Assembly (NCBI GenBank): GCA_043797085.1
Contig: JAZDQA010000008.1
Coordinates: forward strand, 138,814-202,813
DNA: 64,000 nt
Source of the DNA: Pseudomonadota bacterium
GTDB taxonomy: Bacteria; Campylobacterota; Campylobacteria; Campylobacterales; Sulfurimonadaceae
Reading direction: 5' to 3'
Shown: in pieces, positions 42,253 to 51,834 of the stretch
How positions within the stretch are numbered: position 1 is the first letter of the stretch
Layout: each line of letters starts with the position of its first letter
The notes under the pieces: model-generated
What the model was told of the DNA's origin: nothing
Seen by the model: the letters and a program-made list of their open reading frames with translations, nothing else
The model's database searches: none
Program-made: the position numbers and the translations under genes

Positions 42253-44004
42253 TTAATCTTCTAATGTAGAGATATCGCCCTCTGGCAATCCCATTTCTCG
42301 CGCTTTTAGTAAACGCCGCATGATTTTTCCGCTTCGTGTTTTTGGTATGTTTTGAATAAATTCTATCTCTTTGGGTGCTACGGCACTGCCTAGTCTCTTG
42401 CGCCCAAATCCGATTAGTTCGCGTCGGAGTTCTTCGCTTGGCTCAAAACCGGTTTTTAGAGCAATAAAAGCTTTGACCAATTGCCCTATCATCGCATCCG
42501 GTTTGCCGATGACACCTGCTTCCGCAACACTTGGATGTTCCATCAGGGTGCTTTCGACTTCAAAAGGTCCCACCATGTGTCCGGAGGTTTTGATGATGTC
42601 ATCACTGCGTCCGACAAACCAGAAATAGCCATCTTCGTCTTTATAGGCGAGGTCGCCTGAGAGATACCAACCACCGACAAAACACTTTGAATAGCGATCA
42701 TCATCATGAAGATAGTTGCGAAACATGGAGGGCCAGCCTGGTTTTAGGGCGAGCTCTCCTTCTTTATTTGCTTCGGTAACTTCCGTAACAGTACCATCAT
42801 CATGTTGATGGACTATGGATGCTTCGATTCCCGGAAGCGGTCGTCCCATCGAACCTGCGCGTATGTGCTGAGAGAGGAAGTTGGCAATCATAATTCCCCC
42901 CGTTTCCGTTTGCCACCAGTTATCATGGATCGGCATTTTCAGTTTTTCCATACCCCAAATGACTGCTTCAGGATTGAGCGGTTCGCCGACGCTTTGGATG
43001 AGGCGCAAATGAGACAGATCATATTCTTTGGTCGGTTCATTATCCAGTCTCATTAACCGTCTGATCGCTGTCGGTGCCGTATACCAAACCGTGACCTTCT
43101 CGTTTTGCAAAACACTGTACCATCGTGCGGCGTCAAACTCGGCTTCATCGACTATATTGGTAATGCCATGCAGCCAAGGGGTGATAATCCCATATGAGGT
43201 TCCAGTAACCCATCCCGGATCGGCGGTGCACCAGTAAACATCATTGGGATGAAAATCGAGAACATAGTAACCGCTCATCCAGTGATTGTACAGGGCTTTA
43301 TGGACATGAACTACCCCTTTTGGCATACCCGTCGTTCCGCTTGTGAAGTGCAGTATCGACATATCTTCAGGATCGGTAGGCAAAATGGTAAAGGAGTCGG
43401 AGGCTTTTTCCATCAGGCGAGGGAGTGAGCGGATACGTTCACTCTCGTCTTCTTGAGAATCGATCAAGAGTACATAGCGAAGATCGTTCAGTTGTTCCAT
43501 TAGAGGACGAACTTTTTTTTCAAAAAGAGCTTTGGTCGTCAGAAGAACTTTGGCATCCCCTCGTTGCATTCGCTGAAATATAGGTTCAGGACCGAATTGG
43601 GAAAAAAGAGGGCAAAGGACACTACGGTTTTTGAGAATACCAATCGCGGCGATATAGAGTTCAGGCAACCGTGTAGAGAGGGTAAATATCCGCTCCCCTT
43701 TGGAAATTCCCAAAGATTGGAGTAGGTTGGCAAATTTGGCACTTTGTTTTTTTAAATCGATAAAAGTATAGGTTTTTCTCTCACCGTTTTCTCCTACCCA
43801 TATCAATGCCGCTTTATCGCAAAGCGGACCATTAGCATGTCGGTCGATTGCTTCATGGGCGATATTGAGCCCGCCTGAGGGTAATCCATCAAACTCTTTA
43901 GCCACATTTTCCCAACTGAAAGATTCTCGTTCATGGAGGTACTCCATTAGGTTTGGTTTGATGGAAAAAGCGTTCAGATTTTTTTCGATCCAATTTTTAT
44001 TCAT
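42253..44004 (-). CDS. acsA: Acetate--CoA ligase (AMP-forming)
   Basis: [44 protein letters not shown]. Confidence 0.9.
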   Translation of the reverse strand: MNKNWIEKNLNAFSIKPNLMEYLHERESFSWENVAKEFDGLPSGGLNIAHEAIDRHANGPLCDKAALIWVGENGERKTYTFIDLKKQSAKFANLLQSLGISKGERIFTLSTRLPELYIAAIGILKNRSVLCPLFSQFGPEPIFQRMQRGDAKVLLTTKALFEKKVRPLMEQLNDLRYVLLIDSQEDESERIRSLPRLMEKASDSFTILPTDPEDMSILHFTSGTTGMPKGVVHVHKALYNHWMSGYYVLDFHPNDVYWCTADPGWVTGTSYGIITPWLHGITNIVDEAEFDAARWYSVLQNEKVTVWYTAPTAIRRLMRLDNEPTKEYDLSHLRLIQSVGEPLNPEAVIWGMEKLKMPIHDNWWQTETGGIMIANFLSQHIRAGSMGRPLPGIEASIVHQHDDGTVTEVTEANKEGELALKPGWPSMFRNYLHDDDRYSKCFVGGWYLSGDLAYKDEDGYFWFVGRSDDIIKTSGHMVGPFEVESTLMEHPSVAEAGVIGKPDAMIGQLVKAFIALKTGFEPSEELRRELIGFGRKRLGSAVAPKEIEFIQNIPKTRSGKIMRRLLKAREMGLPEGDISTLED

Positions 44005-44112
44005 CGTCTTTTTACCTCATTTAAAACTTCGTTCTGTTTGATAAAATCAAGTTTCGATTGAAAAAAGTATAAGTTAAATTAGTGATAAAAAAATGAAGTA
44101 AAGGGCGCAATT

Positions 44113-44901
44113 ATGATGACGCATACCGCATGGCGTTTCTTCGATACAGGGATGAAAAATGGTGCGTGGAATATGGCGGTAGATGAACTGTTTTTGGAGG
44201 ATTTCAAAGAGGGGGATATGCCGATCATAAGAGTGTATGGATGGGAAAATACCCTGAGTCTCGGACGATTTTCGATGTTTTCAAAGAATCTTCATCATGA
44301 AAATATTCAGTCAAAAAATATTCCATTGGTTCGGCGTATGAGCGGAGGAGGAATATTGATCCATGGCGGTGATCTCTCTTACACTCTCATCATGCCGCGC
44401 ATGAGAGACAGAAGCGTCAAAGATAATTATCGGTATGTATGCGGATTTCTCATCTCTTTGTATCAAAAGATGGGTTATGAGGCTCAATTTGCGTGTGAAC
44501 TTCATCTCAACGAACAACGCTCAACCCTTTGTCTTGGAGGAATTGAACCCTATGATATTGTAATTGAGGGAAAAAAGATGGGAGGAAATGCTCAGCGTTA
44601 TACGAGACATGCGGTATTTCAGCACGGAAGTATCCCTATGAGAATCGATGAATCCTTTTTTAAACCGCTTTTTTTGGAAGATTCAGGATTAGAGCGGGCG
44701 GCAACATTGGAGATGCTTGGAACTGTGATGTCGTATGAGGAGCTTTGCGCATTGGTTCGAGAAGCATTTTGTGAAACATTTGCTGTTGAGCTCGTAACGG
44801 ATTTTCTCACCGTATCGCAAGAGCAGCGCGTGATGCAACTAAGTGCGGAAAAATACACTCAGGAAAGTTGGAATCTACATGGAAAAAACACTCATTCATA
44901 A
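44113..44901 (+). CDS. Lipoate-protein ligase / octanoyltransferase (LplA/LipM-like)
   Basis: NMAVDE, RVYGW, VRRMSGGG, KKMGGNAQR, QHGSI. Confidence 0.85.
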   Translation: MMTHTAWRFFDTGMKNGAWNMAVDELFLEDFKEGDMPIIRVYGWENTLSLGRFSMFSKNLHHENIQSKNIPLVRRMSGGGILIHGGDLSYTLIMPRMRDRSVKDNYRYVCGFLISLYQKMGYEAQFACELHLNEQRSTLCLGGIEPYDIVIEGKKMGGNAQRYTRHAVFQHGSIPMRIDESFFKPLFLEDSGLERAATLEMLGTVMSYEELCALVREAFCETFAVELVTDFLTVSQEQRVMQLSAEKYTQESWNLHGKNTHS

Positions 44902-45736
44902 GCCGCTATGGCTTCGTAAAAAGATTATTTTAAGTGACCTAAGCGCAATGGAGAGAGTATTGTCTCAAGGGCGTGTTCACACCATTTGTGAAGAGGCGAT
45001 GTGTCCGAATATCAGCGAGTGCTTTAGTCAAAATGTGGCAAGCTTTATGATTTTAGGGACAGTTTGTACACGCGCATGCAGTTTTTGTGCTGTTGGCAGG
45101 GGAATTCCGTTGGCTTTAAATCCTTATGAACCTGAGAATGTTGCACGAACGGTTTCGCATCTGGGATTAAAACATGTGGTCATTACCAGTTCTACCCGTG
45201 ATGATTTGAGTGATGGAGGCGCCGATCATTTTTGTAAAACGGTTCGTGCGATAAAGGCATTGGATAATTCTATCCTCGTAGAGCTTCTGATACCCGATAT
45301 GAAAGAAAATCTCTCGGCACTGCGACAAGTGGCGGTAAGTGGAGCTGAGATTATCGGACATAATCTCGAAACCGTACCGAGGTTGTATCATGTCCGAAAA
45401 GGGTCTGATTATGAACGCTCTCTTAGGGTATTGGCGATGCTTCATATTTTGAATCCTGATATTGCGCTCAAAAGCGGCATTATGCTTGGCTTTGGTGAGC
45501 GAGATGATGAGGTGGTGAGTCTTATGGAAGATTTACGGGAGGCGGGCTGTCGCTATTTGAGTATCGGACAGTATCTTGCCCCCTCGAATAAACATGAAAC
45601 GCTTGTAGAGTATGTGGAGCCAAAACGGTTCGAGTATCTTCGAGCGCGGGGAATGAAGATGGGTTTTTCATATATTAAAAGCTCTCCCTATACCCGCAGC
45701 AGCTATATGGCACATGAATATTTGGAGACAAGATGA
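44879..45736 (+). CDS. lipA: Lipoyl synthase
   Basis: CEEAMCPNISEC, CTRACSFC, GQYL, RSSY. Confidence 0.93.
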   Translation: MEKTLIHKPLWLRKKIILSDLSAMERVLSQGRVHTICEEAMCPNISECFSQNVASFMILGTVCTRACSFCAVGRGIPLALNPYEPENVARTVSHLGLKHVVITSSTRDDLSDGGADHFCKTVRAIKALDNSILVELLIPDMKENLSALRQVAVSGAEIIGHNLETVPRLYHVRKGSDYERSLRVLAMLHILNPDIALKSGIMLGFGERDDEVVSLMEDLREAGCRYLSIGQYLAPSNKHETLVEYVEPKRFEYLRARGMKMGFSYIKSSPYTRSSYMAHEYLETR

Positions 45737-47079
45737 AACACTTTGATGCAGTCGTAATCGGGGCAGGACCGGGGGGATATGAAGGGGCTATTGAGCTTGG
45801 AAGGGCAGGGCTAAAAACACTGCTGATCGATAAAAGTAAAGACCGTATTGGAGGGACTTGTCTAAATGAGGGGTGTATCTCAACCAAAAATTATTTAGAG
45901 AGTGCTTCATATGCGTCAAAAGCAGCTTATTTTTCTGATTGCGGATTGGAGATGGAAGTCAAGGGACTGGACATGGAGCGTCTTCGCCAGAAGACATTAG
46001 CGCTTAAAAATGAGCTGCGTTCAGGTGTCGTATGGAGGCTGGAGCAAGCCGGTGTTGAAACTTTTTTTGGTGAAGCATCTTTTATTGATTTTCACACAAT
46101 TGATGTTTCGGGTGAGAAAATCGGTTTTGAGAAATGCATTATCGCCACAGGTGCGAAAGTTCGAGAGACACCGCTGCTTGCTCTGGATGGTAAACGTATC
46201 CTTTCTAGCCGTGAGGTATTTGAACTGACAGCTCTCCCTAAATCGATCGTTATCGTCGGAGGAGGAGCCATCGGATGCGAATTCGCGACATTTTTCAACG
46301 CTTTTGGAGTAAAAGTGACACTCATAGCACGAGGCATTCAACTCCTCTCCGGTGAAGATGAAGAGATTTCCAAGGCGTTACTGCGAAGCTTCAAAAAATC
46401 CGCTATCACGGTCATGACCTCCACCTCGATTTTAAAAGCCCAAGTGCATACCGATGGGGTTACACTGAGCGTTCAAGGGGAAATGGAAGAGACTATTGAG
46501 TGTGAACTCGTACTGTGTGCAATAGGGCGAGATCCCTATACCCAAGAGCTTCATCTTGAAAACGCAGGAGTGCAATTGTCTCACAAAGGTTTTATCCGTG
46601 TGAATGACTCTTTTCAAACCATTCAACCTAATATTTACGCGCTCGGTGATTGCATTGACACACCGGCATACGCCCATATCGCCTACAGCGAAGCAAAAAT
46701 CGCCGCTCATAATCTCATCAGCGGCGGTACGCAATGCAATGACCATATTAATCCCACCACCGTCTTTTCGAATCCTCAAATTGCAAGCTGCGGATTGAGT
46801 GAAAAAGGGGCGCAAGCGCAAGAGAGAGCTATACACGTTAAAAAAGCTTTTTTTAAAGCCAATGCAAAAGCGAAGATTAACGGAGATGATTCCGGATTTG
46901 TGAAGATGATTGTCTGCTCGCAAAGTGATGTGATTTTAGGAGCTTCGATCATTGGAGGAGAAGCAACGGAAATGATTCACGAGATGGTCGTGGCGGTTGA
47001 GAAAAAACTCACGTCCAAAGAGCTTACGAATATGATCCATGTCCACCCAAGCGTCTCTGAAATCTTTAGGAATCTTTGA
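45733..47079 (+). CDS. lpdA: Dihydrolipoamide dehydrogenase (E3)
   Basis: GAGPGG, GGTCLNEGC, GGGAIG, HVHPSVSE. Confidence 0.9.
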   Translation: MKHFDAVVIGAGPGGYEGAIELGRAGLKTLLIDKSKDRIGGTCLNEGCISTKNYLESASYASKAAYFSDCGLEMEVKGLDMERLRQKTLALKNELRSGVVWRLEQAGVETFFGEASFIDFHTIDVSGEKIGFEKCIIATGAKVRETPLLALDGKRILSSREVFELTALPKSIVIVGGGAIGCEFATFFNAFGVKVTLIARGIQLLSGEDEEISKALLRSFKKSAITVMTSTSILKAQVHTDGVTLSVQGEMEETIECELVLCAIGRDPYTQELHLENAGVQLSHKGFIRVNDSFQTIQPNIYALGDCIDTPAYAHIAYSEAKIAAHNLISGGTQCNDHINPTTVFSNPQIASCGLSEKGAQAQERAIHVKKAFFKANAKAKINGDDSGFVKMIVCSQSDVILGASIIGGEATEMIHEMVVAVEKKLTSKELTNMIHVHPSVSEIFRNL

Positions 47080-47112
47080 TAGAGTATTTATATAAAAACA
47101 TGAGGCGAATGT

Positions 47113-49719
47113 ATGAATACGATGACTCTTCCCGAAGTATTTTTAGCATTTGACACCTCGGATGAGGGATTGAATGAGGATGAAGTTATACGGCGGAAGC
47201 AGCGATACGGACTGAACGTACTCTCCAAGATACCCACAAAACCATGGCTCTATAAATTAGCCGCACAATTTACCCATTTCTTCGCCCTGTTGCTTTGGGC
47301 TGCAGCGATCATCAGTTTCGGTACGGCGTGGATTGATCCTGCTTCCAATATGCTTCCAATTGGCTGGGCCATTGTTATTGTTATTATTTTAAATGGGGCT
47401 TTTGGTTTTTATCAGGAGTTTCGTACCGAAAAAAGCTTGGAAGCTCTGCGAAATTTTCTTCCTCTGAAAGTCACTGTGTACCGTGAAGGAAATGAGCAAG
47501 AAATATTAGCCGAAGAACTGGTTCCAGGGGACATCATACTTTTGAATGAAGGGGATAAAGTTCCCTCCGATGTTTATGTCATACAGGCATTTGACTTGTG
47601 GCTTAATGAAAGTACCTTGACCGGTGAGAGTGAACTGGTTTCAGCCGATGCCGTTGGATCGGGTCATGTCAAAACAATTCTTTATTCGGGGACGTATGTC
47701 GTTAAAGGGGAAGCGAAAGGATTGGTCTTTGCAACAGGAAAGGAGAGCCGATACGGAACGATTGCCGCATTGACACAGAGTGTGGATGCGGGAGAGAGTC
47801 ACCTGCAAAAAGAGATTGCTCATATTTCAAAAGTTGTTGCTTTGACATCCGTGGTGATTGCCGGAAGTTTGATCATTCTCTCAGGATTCGGAGAAAATGA
47901 ATTATGGAAAACATTTTTGTTTTCACTGGGTGTACTGGTCGCATTGATCCCCGAGGGGCTATTGCCTACCGTTACCTTGTCATTAGCTTTTGGTGCACAG
48001 CGGATGGCTTCTAAGGGATTTTTAGTCAATGGACTTTCTGTTATTGAGAATCTTGGAGCCGTGACGGTGATTGCGACGGACAAAACGGGGACGATTACTC
48101 AAAACAAGATGGAAGTGGCCGCATGGGACGAGGATGAAAAACAAGAGCCGTCACAAGAATTGCTTGATGCTGCACTTTTGTGCAACCGGGCTGACGCATC
48201 GACCGGGGATCCGGTAGAGCAAGCTCTTTTTAAATTCGCAGCCGGCTATATCGATGTTGCAGCAAGGCGTAATGAATATCCGCTTGTGGGTGATTATACC
48301 TTTGATTATCATCTCAAACGGATGAGTACCGTACACAAGACCAAAGAAGGTTTCTTCGTTTTTTGCAAAGGGGCACCTGAAGTGATTTTGGAGTTATGTA
48401 ATAAGGTCTTTACGTCCGAAGGAGAAAAAGAGATCACCGCCGATGAAACCCAAAAACTGATGGAAAAGCATGACCGTATGGCGGCACTTGGGTATCGGGT
48501 AATCGCATTTGCCAAACGTGATTGTGCTGCGTTGCCAACCTCACGAACACAAGCCGAAAGCGGATTGATCTTTATCGGTTTTATTGCTATGGTTGATCCG
48601 ATGAGAGATGATATTATTGAATCCATTGGATTGTGTCATCTGGCTGGGATACGACTATTGATGATTACTGGGGATCATCCCCTGACGGCTGGAGCGATTG
48701 GGATGAGTGCAGGGATTATTACGTCAATAACAGAAGTCACGACGGGGGAATTACTGGATAAACTTCCCCCGTCGGCAATCAAACATTTGTTACGGAAAAA
48801 TCATGTTTTTGCCCGTGTCTCTCCGGAGCAAAAACTCACCCTCGTGACACTCCTTAAAGAGATGGGAGAAACGGTGGCGGTGACCGGTGATGGGGTAAAC
48901 GATGCACCCGCACTCAAACGTGCCGATGTCGGGATCGCTATGGGATCAGGGACCGATGTGGCGAAACAATCCGCCGATGTGATTTTAATGGACAATCATT
49001 TTGCGACGATTGTCAAAGGGATCGAAGAGGGGAGAGCCGTCTATGAAAACATACGAAGGTTTATCACCTATATGTTGGCGAGCAATCTCCCTGAAGCCGT
49101 TCCGTATGTTATTTTCTTTTTGCTCGGTCTCCCTTTGGCGCTTCCCGTTCCGCTGGTCTTGGCGATTGATTTGGGGACGGACATTCTTCCGGGGATGGCT
49201 TTGGGAACGGAATTACCGCATAAGGGATTGATGAATCAAAAACCCCGAAGCCGTAAAGAGCATATCTTGACGATGGGTGTCTATTGGCGGGCCTTTGGAT
49301 TTTTGGGACTCTTGACGGCGGTGCTCTCTATAGGGCTTTTTTGGTTCTATCTTAATGCACACGGTTGGAACGGTGAACCCTTGTCGTGGACGAATCCTCT
49401 CTATCTTCAAGCGACAACTGTGACGTTTACGGCGATTGTTTTTGCACAGATCGCAAACGGTCTCTCGTGCCGAAGCGTAGATGAGTCTTTATTTGCGATC
49501 GGATGGTGGAGTAATCGTTATTACTGGATCGGTGTTGCGGTGGAATTGAGCGTTTTGGGAATAATTATTTTTTTCACCCCTCTCACGCATATTTTCGGAA
49601 CCGCTCCATTCGACCCGATTTATTGGTGGGCGGTTGTAGCCGTTACTGTGATCGTTTTGGCAGCGGAAGAGGGGAGAAAAGGGTTGATGAGGTATTGGAA
49701 TAAAAAACGCAGCCGATAA
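47113..49719 (+). CDS. Cation-transporting P-type ATPase (type II)
   Basis: TGES, PEGL, DKTGT, KGAPE, TGD, TGDGVNDAPALK. Confidence 0.93.
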   Translation: MNTMTLPEVFLAFDTSDEGLNEDEVIRRKQRYGLNVLSKIPTKPWLYKLAAQFTHFFALLLWAAAIISFGTAWIDPASNMLPIGWAIVIVIILNGAFGFYQEFRTEKSLEALRNFLPLKVTVYREGNEQEILAEELVPGDIILLNEGDKVPSDVYVIQAFDLWLNESTLTGESELVSADAVGSGHVKTILYSGTYVVKGEAKGLVFATGKESRYGTIAALTQSVDAGESHLQKEIAHISKVVALTSVVIAGSLIILSGFGENELWKTFLFSLGVLVALIPEGLLPTVTLSLAFGAQRMASKGFLVNGLSVIENLGAVTVIATDKTGTITQNKMEVAAWDEDEKQEPSQELLDAALLCNRADASTGDPVEQALFKFAAGYIDVAARRNEYPLVGDYTFDYHLKRMSTVHKTKEGFFVFCKGAPEVILELCNKVFTSEGEKEITADETQKLMEKHDRMAALGYRVIAFAKRDCAALPTSRTQAESGLIFIGFIAMVDPMRDDIIESIGLCHLAGIRLLMITGDHPLTAGAIGMSAGIITSITEVTTGELLDKLPPSAIKHLLRKNHVFARVSPEQKLTLVTLLKEMGETVAVTGDGVNDAPALKRADVGIAMGSGTDVAKQSADVILMDNHFATIVKGIEEGRAVYENIRRFITYMLASNLPEAVPYVIFFLLGLPLALPVPLVLAIDLGTDILPGMALGTELPHKGLMNQKPRSRKEHILTMGVYWRAFGFLGLLTAVLSIGLFWFYLNAHGWNGEPLSWTNPLYLQATTVTFTAIVFAQIANGLSCRSVDESLFAIGWWSNRYYWIGVAVELSVLGIIIFFTPLTHIFGTAPFDPIYWWAVVAVTVIVLAAEEGRKGLMRYWNKKRSR

Positions 49720-49829
49720 TTATTATATTGATCTTTATTCAGCGTAAAATTTTTACGCTTTATTTTACGCGAGACAATGCCAATCTTTGGCATATCCAAA
49801 CCATTGGTATGGAAAAAGATAAAAAATGA

Positions 49830-50330
49830 TTATAGTGCCCACTCCTTCACTATTTCATAGTGTGCTCCATCACTGTGAAGAACACTTTTGTAGAGGGCTA
49901 TTTTAGATTCAAGAATACCAATCGTTTCACATGGAGGATTTGTGAGGAGATGGGTGAAAATATCGGAGTCATTGATTTTTTTAACCCGTATCATAGTGAC
50001 ATGAGGATTTAATTCAATAGGTTCAAGCCCAAGAAAAAGTGCAAGTCGGTCATAAAGAATTTGCAGAGTATGGTTTTGTGTTGTTGCTACAAATACGCGG
50101 CTTGCAGAAAAATAATCGAATTTTGTTAATTCGGATGGTTTAAATGACCAATCAAAGTCACAAAGCTTATCGATCAGTATATCCTGCTGAAATTGATGAC
50201 CAAAAAAAGCGATCGTAGCATGAAGATAATCTTCTTCTCTCCATCTTCCTTCTAGCAGTGGGCTAAATTCTTGTTTAATTCGTTCATAGTTGTAAAGACG
50301 TACCGGAACGGCTAGGAAAAGACGTATCAT
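49830..50330 (-). CDS. thpR: RNA 2',3'-cyclic phosphodiesterase (2H phosphoesterase, ThpR/LigT)
   Basis: RLFLA N-terminus; two HxT motifs (HAT, HVT). Confidence 0.8.
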   Translation of the reverse strand: MIRLFLAVPVRLYNYERIKQEFSPLLEGRWREEDYLHATIAFFGHQFQQDILIDKLCDFDWSFKPSELTKFDYFSASRVFVATTQNHTLQILYDRLALFLGLEPIELNPHVTMIRVKKINDSDIFTHLLTNPPCETIGILESKIALYKSVLHSDGAHYEIVKEWAL

Positions 50331-50340
50331 ATAAAATTCT

Positions 50341-50817
50341 TTATTTTTTTTCCTGTGCGATTATTTGGTCAAGATGGTAAAAAAGATTTGGATATTTTTG
50401 TTTGATCTCATTAAGAAGCCAATTCAGATCAAGATTTACTACAGTGCTCTCAGGACGACCTAGCGCAAGTGTACGTATTCGATCCATGGCAACTTCCCAT
50501 ACGTCATGAAAATCGATCGGTAGATGCTGCCAAATCACTTTTTCAAGTTTAAGTTTAAAGTTTTCACTCTGTGCAGAGGTCAAAAATCGAACCATCTGTG
50601 TGAGCGATTCAGCTGTTGAGAGTGTATAGATATTATCTTCATCGTCAAGAATTATCCACGGATGTTTTTTATCCCAGCTGCCTTGAAGAAGCTCTAAATT
50701 TTTGTGCCGCTCATCACTGCCTGGTCTCATCCTTACAACAGTCAATTCTAAAATATTGATTCCCATATTTTCAGCTATTTGTCCAAAATCTTTTTTTAGA
50801 TGTTCTGGATAAGTCAT
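50341..50817 (-). CDS. DUF2603-like Campylobacterota protein
   Basis: ENFKLKLEKVIWQHLPIDFHDVWEVAM, IKQKYPNLF. Confidence 0.7.
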   Translation of the reverse strand: MTYPEHLKKDFGQIAENMGINILELTVVRMRPGSDERHKNLELLQGSWDKKHPWIILDDEDNIYTLSTAESLTQMVRFLTSAQSENFKLKLEKVIWQHLPIDFHDVWEVAMDRIRTLALGRPESTVVNLDLNWLLNEIKQKYPNLFYHLDQIIAQEKK

Positions 50818-50964
50818 AAATCACCTCTTTCTAAAATAGTTTGAGTAGTACATTTTATGTTATTATTAATAATAACATATATTTATGAGATGATGCATGC
50901 TTAGTATTTTTTTGACATCACATAAGCGATTTGGGTACACTAAACAACTTTATAAATCGGGACA

Positions 50965-51828
50965 ATGCCAATGAAACAGATGATGCAGATATATCGTGAT
51001 AACCGAGAAGCCGTTGAGGGGTTTTTGCTGACGACGATCAGTGACAATCCTCACCAAGATTTGGATGATGTGCAGGTACAAAACTTTTTCAAACGGCTCC
51101 CATGTCTGAGTGATATGTATCTGATTAACGAAAAAGGGGAACAAATTACCCCAACTTGGCGAAGAAAAGGTCATGATATGGCGATGAAAGGGACGGATAG
51201 GGGATATTTCATCAACCGTATCCGATTTGATGACAACGGCAACTACGTCTCCAGCCCTTACATCTGCGCCAACAGCGGCGTATCAAAAGTTTCCATTGCA
51301 CGCAAATATTCGGATGGCAGAATTGCCGTATTTGATTTGGATCTTGTTTCTGTACTGACCAAAATGCATCTGATTGACAGTGACCGTATTATTTCAAAAC
51401 TTTCCGTTTGGGTTTACGCACTTTTGGGCGGGGGATTAGTGTTGTTGGCGCTGTTTCTCGGTGTCTATGGATTGATCGGATTTGCAAAAGCGCTAATGAG
51501 TTTCGGAGATGAGACGCTGCAGCATGTGTTCAAATCGATCATCGGGATAACCCTTGCGATTGCGATTTACGATTTGGCGAAAACGATTTTGGAACAGGAA
51601 GTATTCTATCGTTCTTTGACGCTCGAAGAAGGGAACGAATACAAAACCCTCACTAAATTCCTCACCTCGATCATCATCGCCCTCTCTATCGAATCACTTA
51701 TGGTCGTATTTAAAGTAGCGATTGACGATATCCGCAACATGAATTATGCTTTTTATCTCATCAGCGGGGTCGGTATTTTGATCGTCTCCATGGCGGTTTT
51801 AAATTATGTCAGCCGTAAAAATCGGTAA
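50965..51828 (+). CDS. PDC/Cache sensor domain plus PsiE-like membrane domain (PglG/WlaA-like)
   Basis: YVSSPYI sensor motif; TLAIAIYDLAKTILEQEV, KFLTSIIIALSIESLMVVFK. Confidence 0.6.
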   Translation: MPMKQMMQIYRDNREAVEGFLLTTISDNPHQDLDDVQVQNFFKRLPCLSDMYLINEKGEQITPTWRRKGHDMAMKGTDRGYFINRIRFDDNGNYVSSPYICANSGVSKVSIARKYSDGRIAVFDLDLVSVLTKMHLIDSDRIISKLSVWVYALLGGGLVLLALFLGVYGLIGFAKALMSFGDETLQHVFKSIIGITLAIAIYDLAKTILEQEVFYRSLTLEEGNEYKTLTKFLTSIIIALSIESLMVVFKVAIDDIRNMNYAFYLISGVGILIVSMAVLNYVSRKNR

Positions 51829-51834
51829 CTTTTA

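Noticed and set aside
44038..44050. TTGAT-aaa-ATCAA as an FNR box between acsA and the lipoate ligase
   Set aside because: Spacer is 3 nt rather than the required 4; may bind another regulator but cannot be called FNR.
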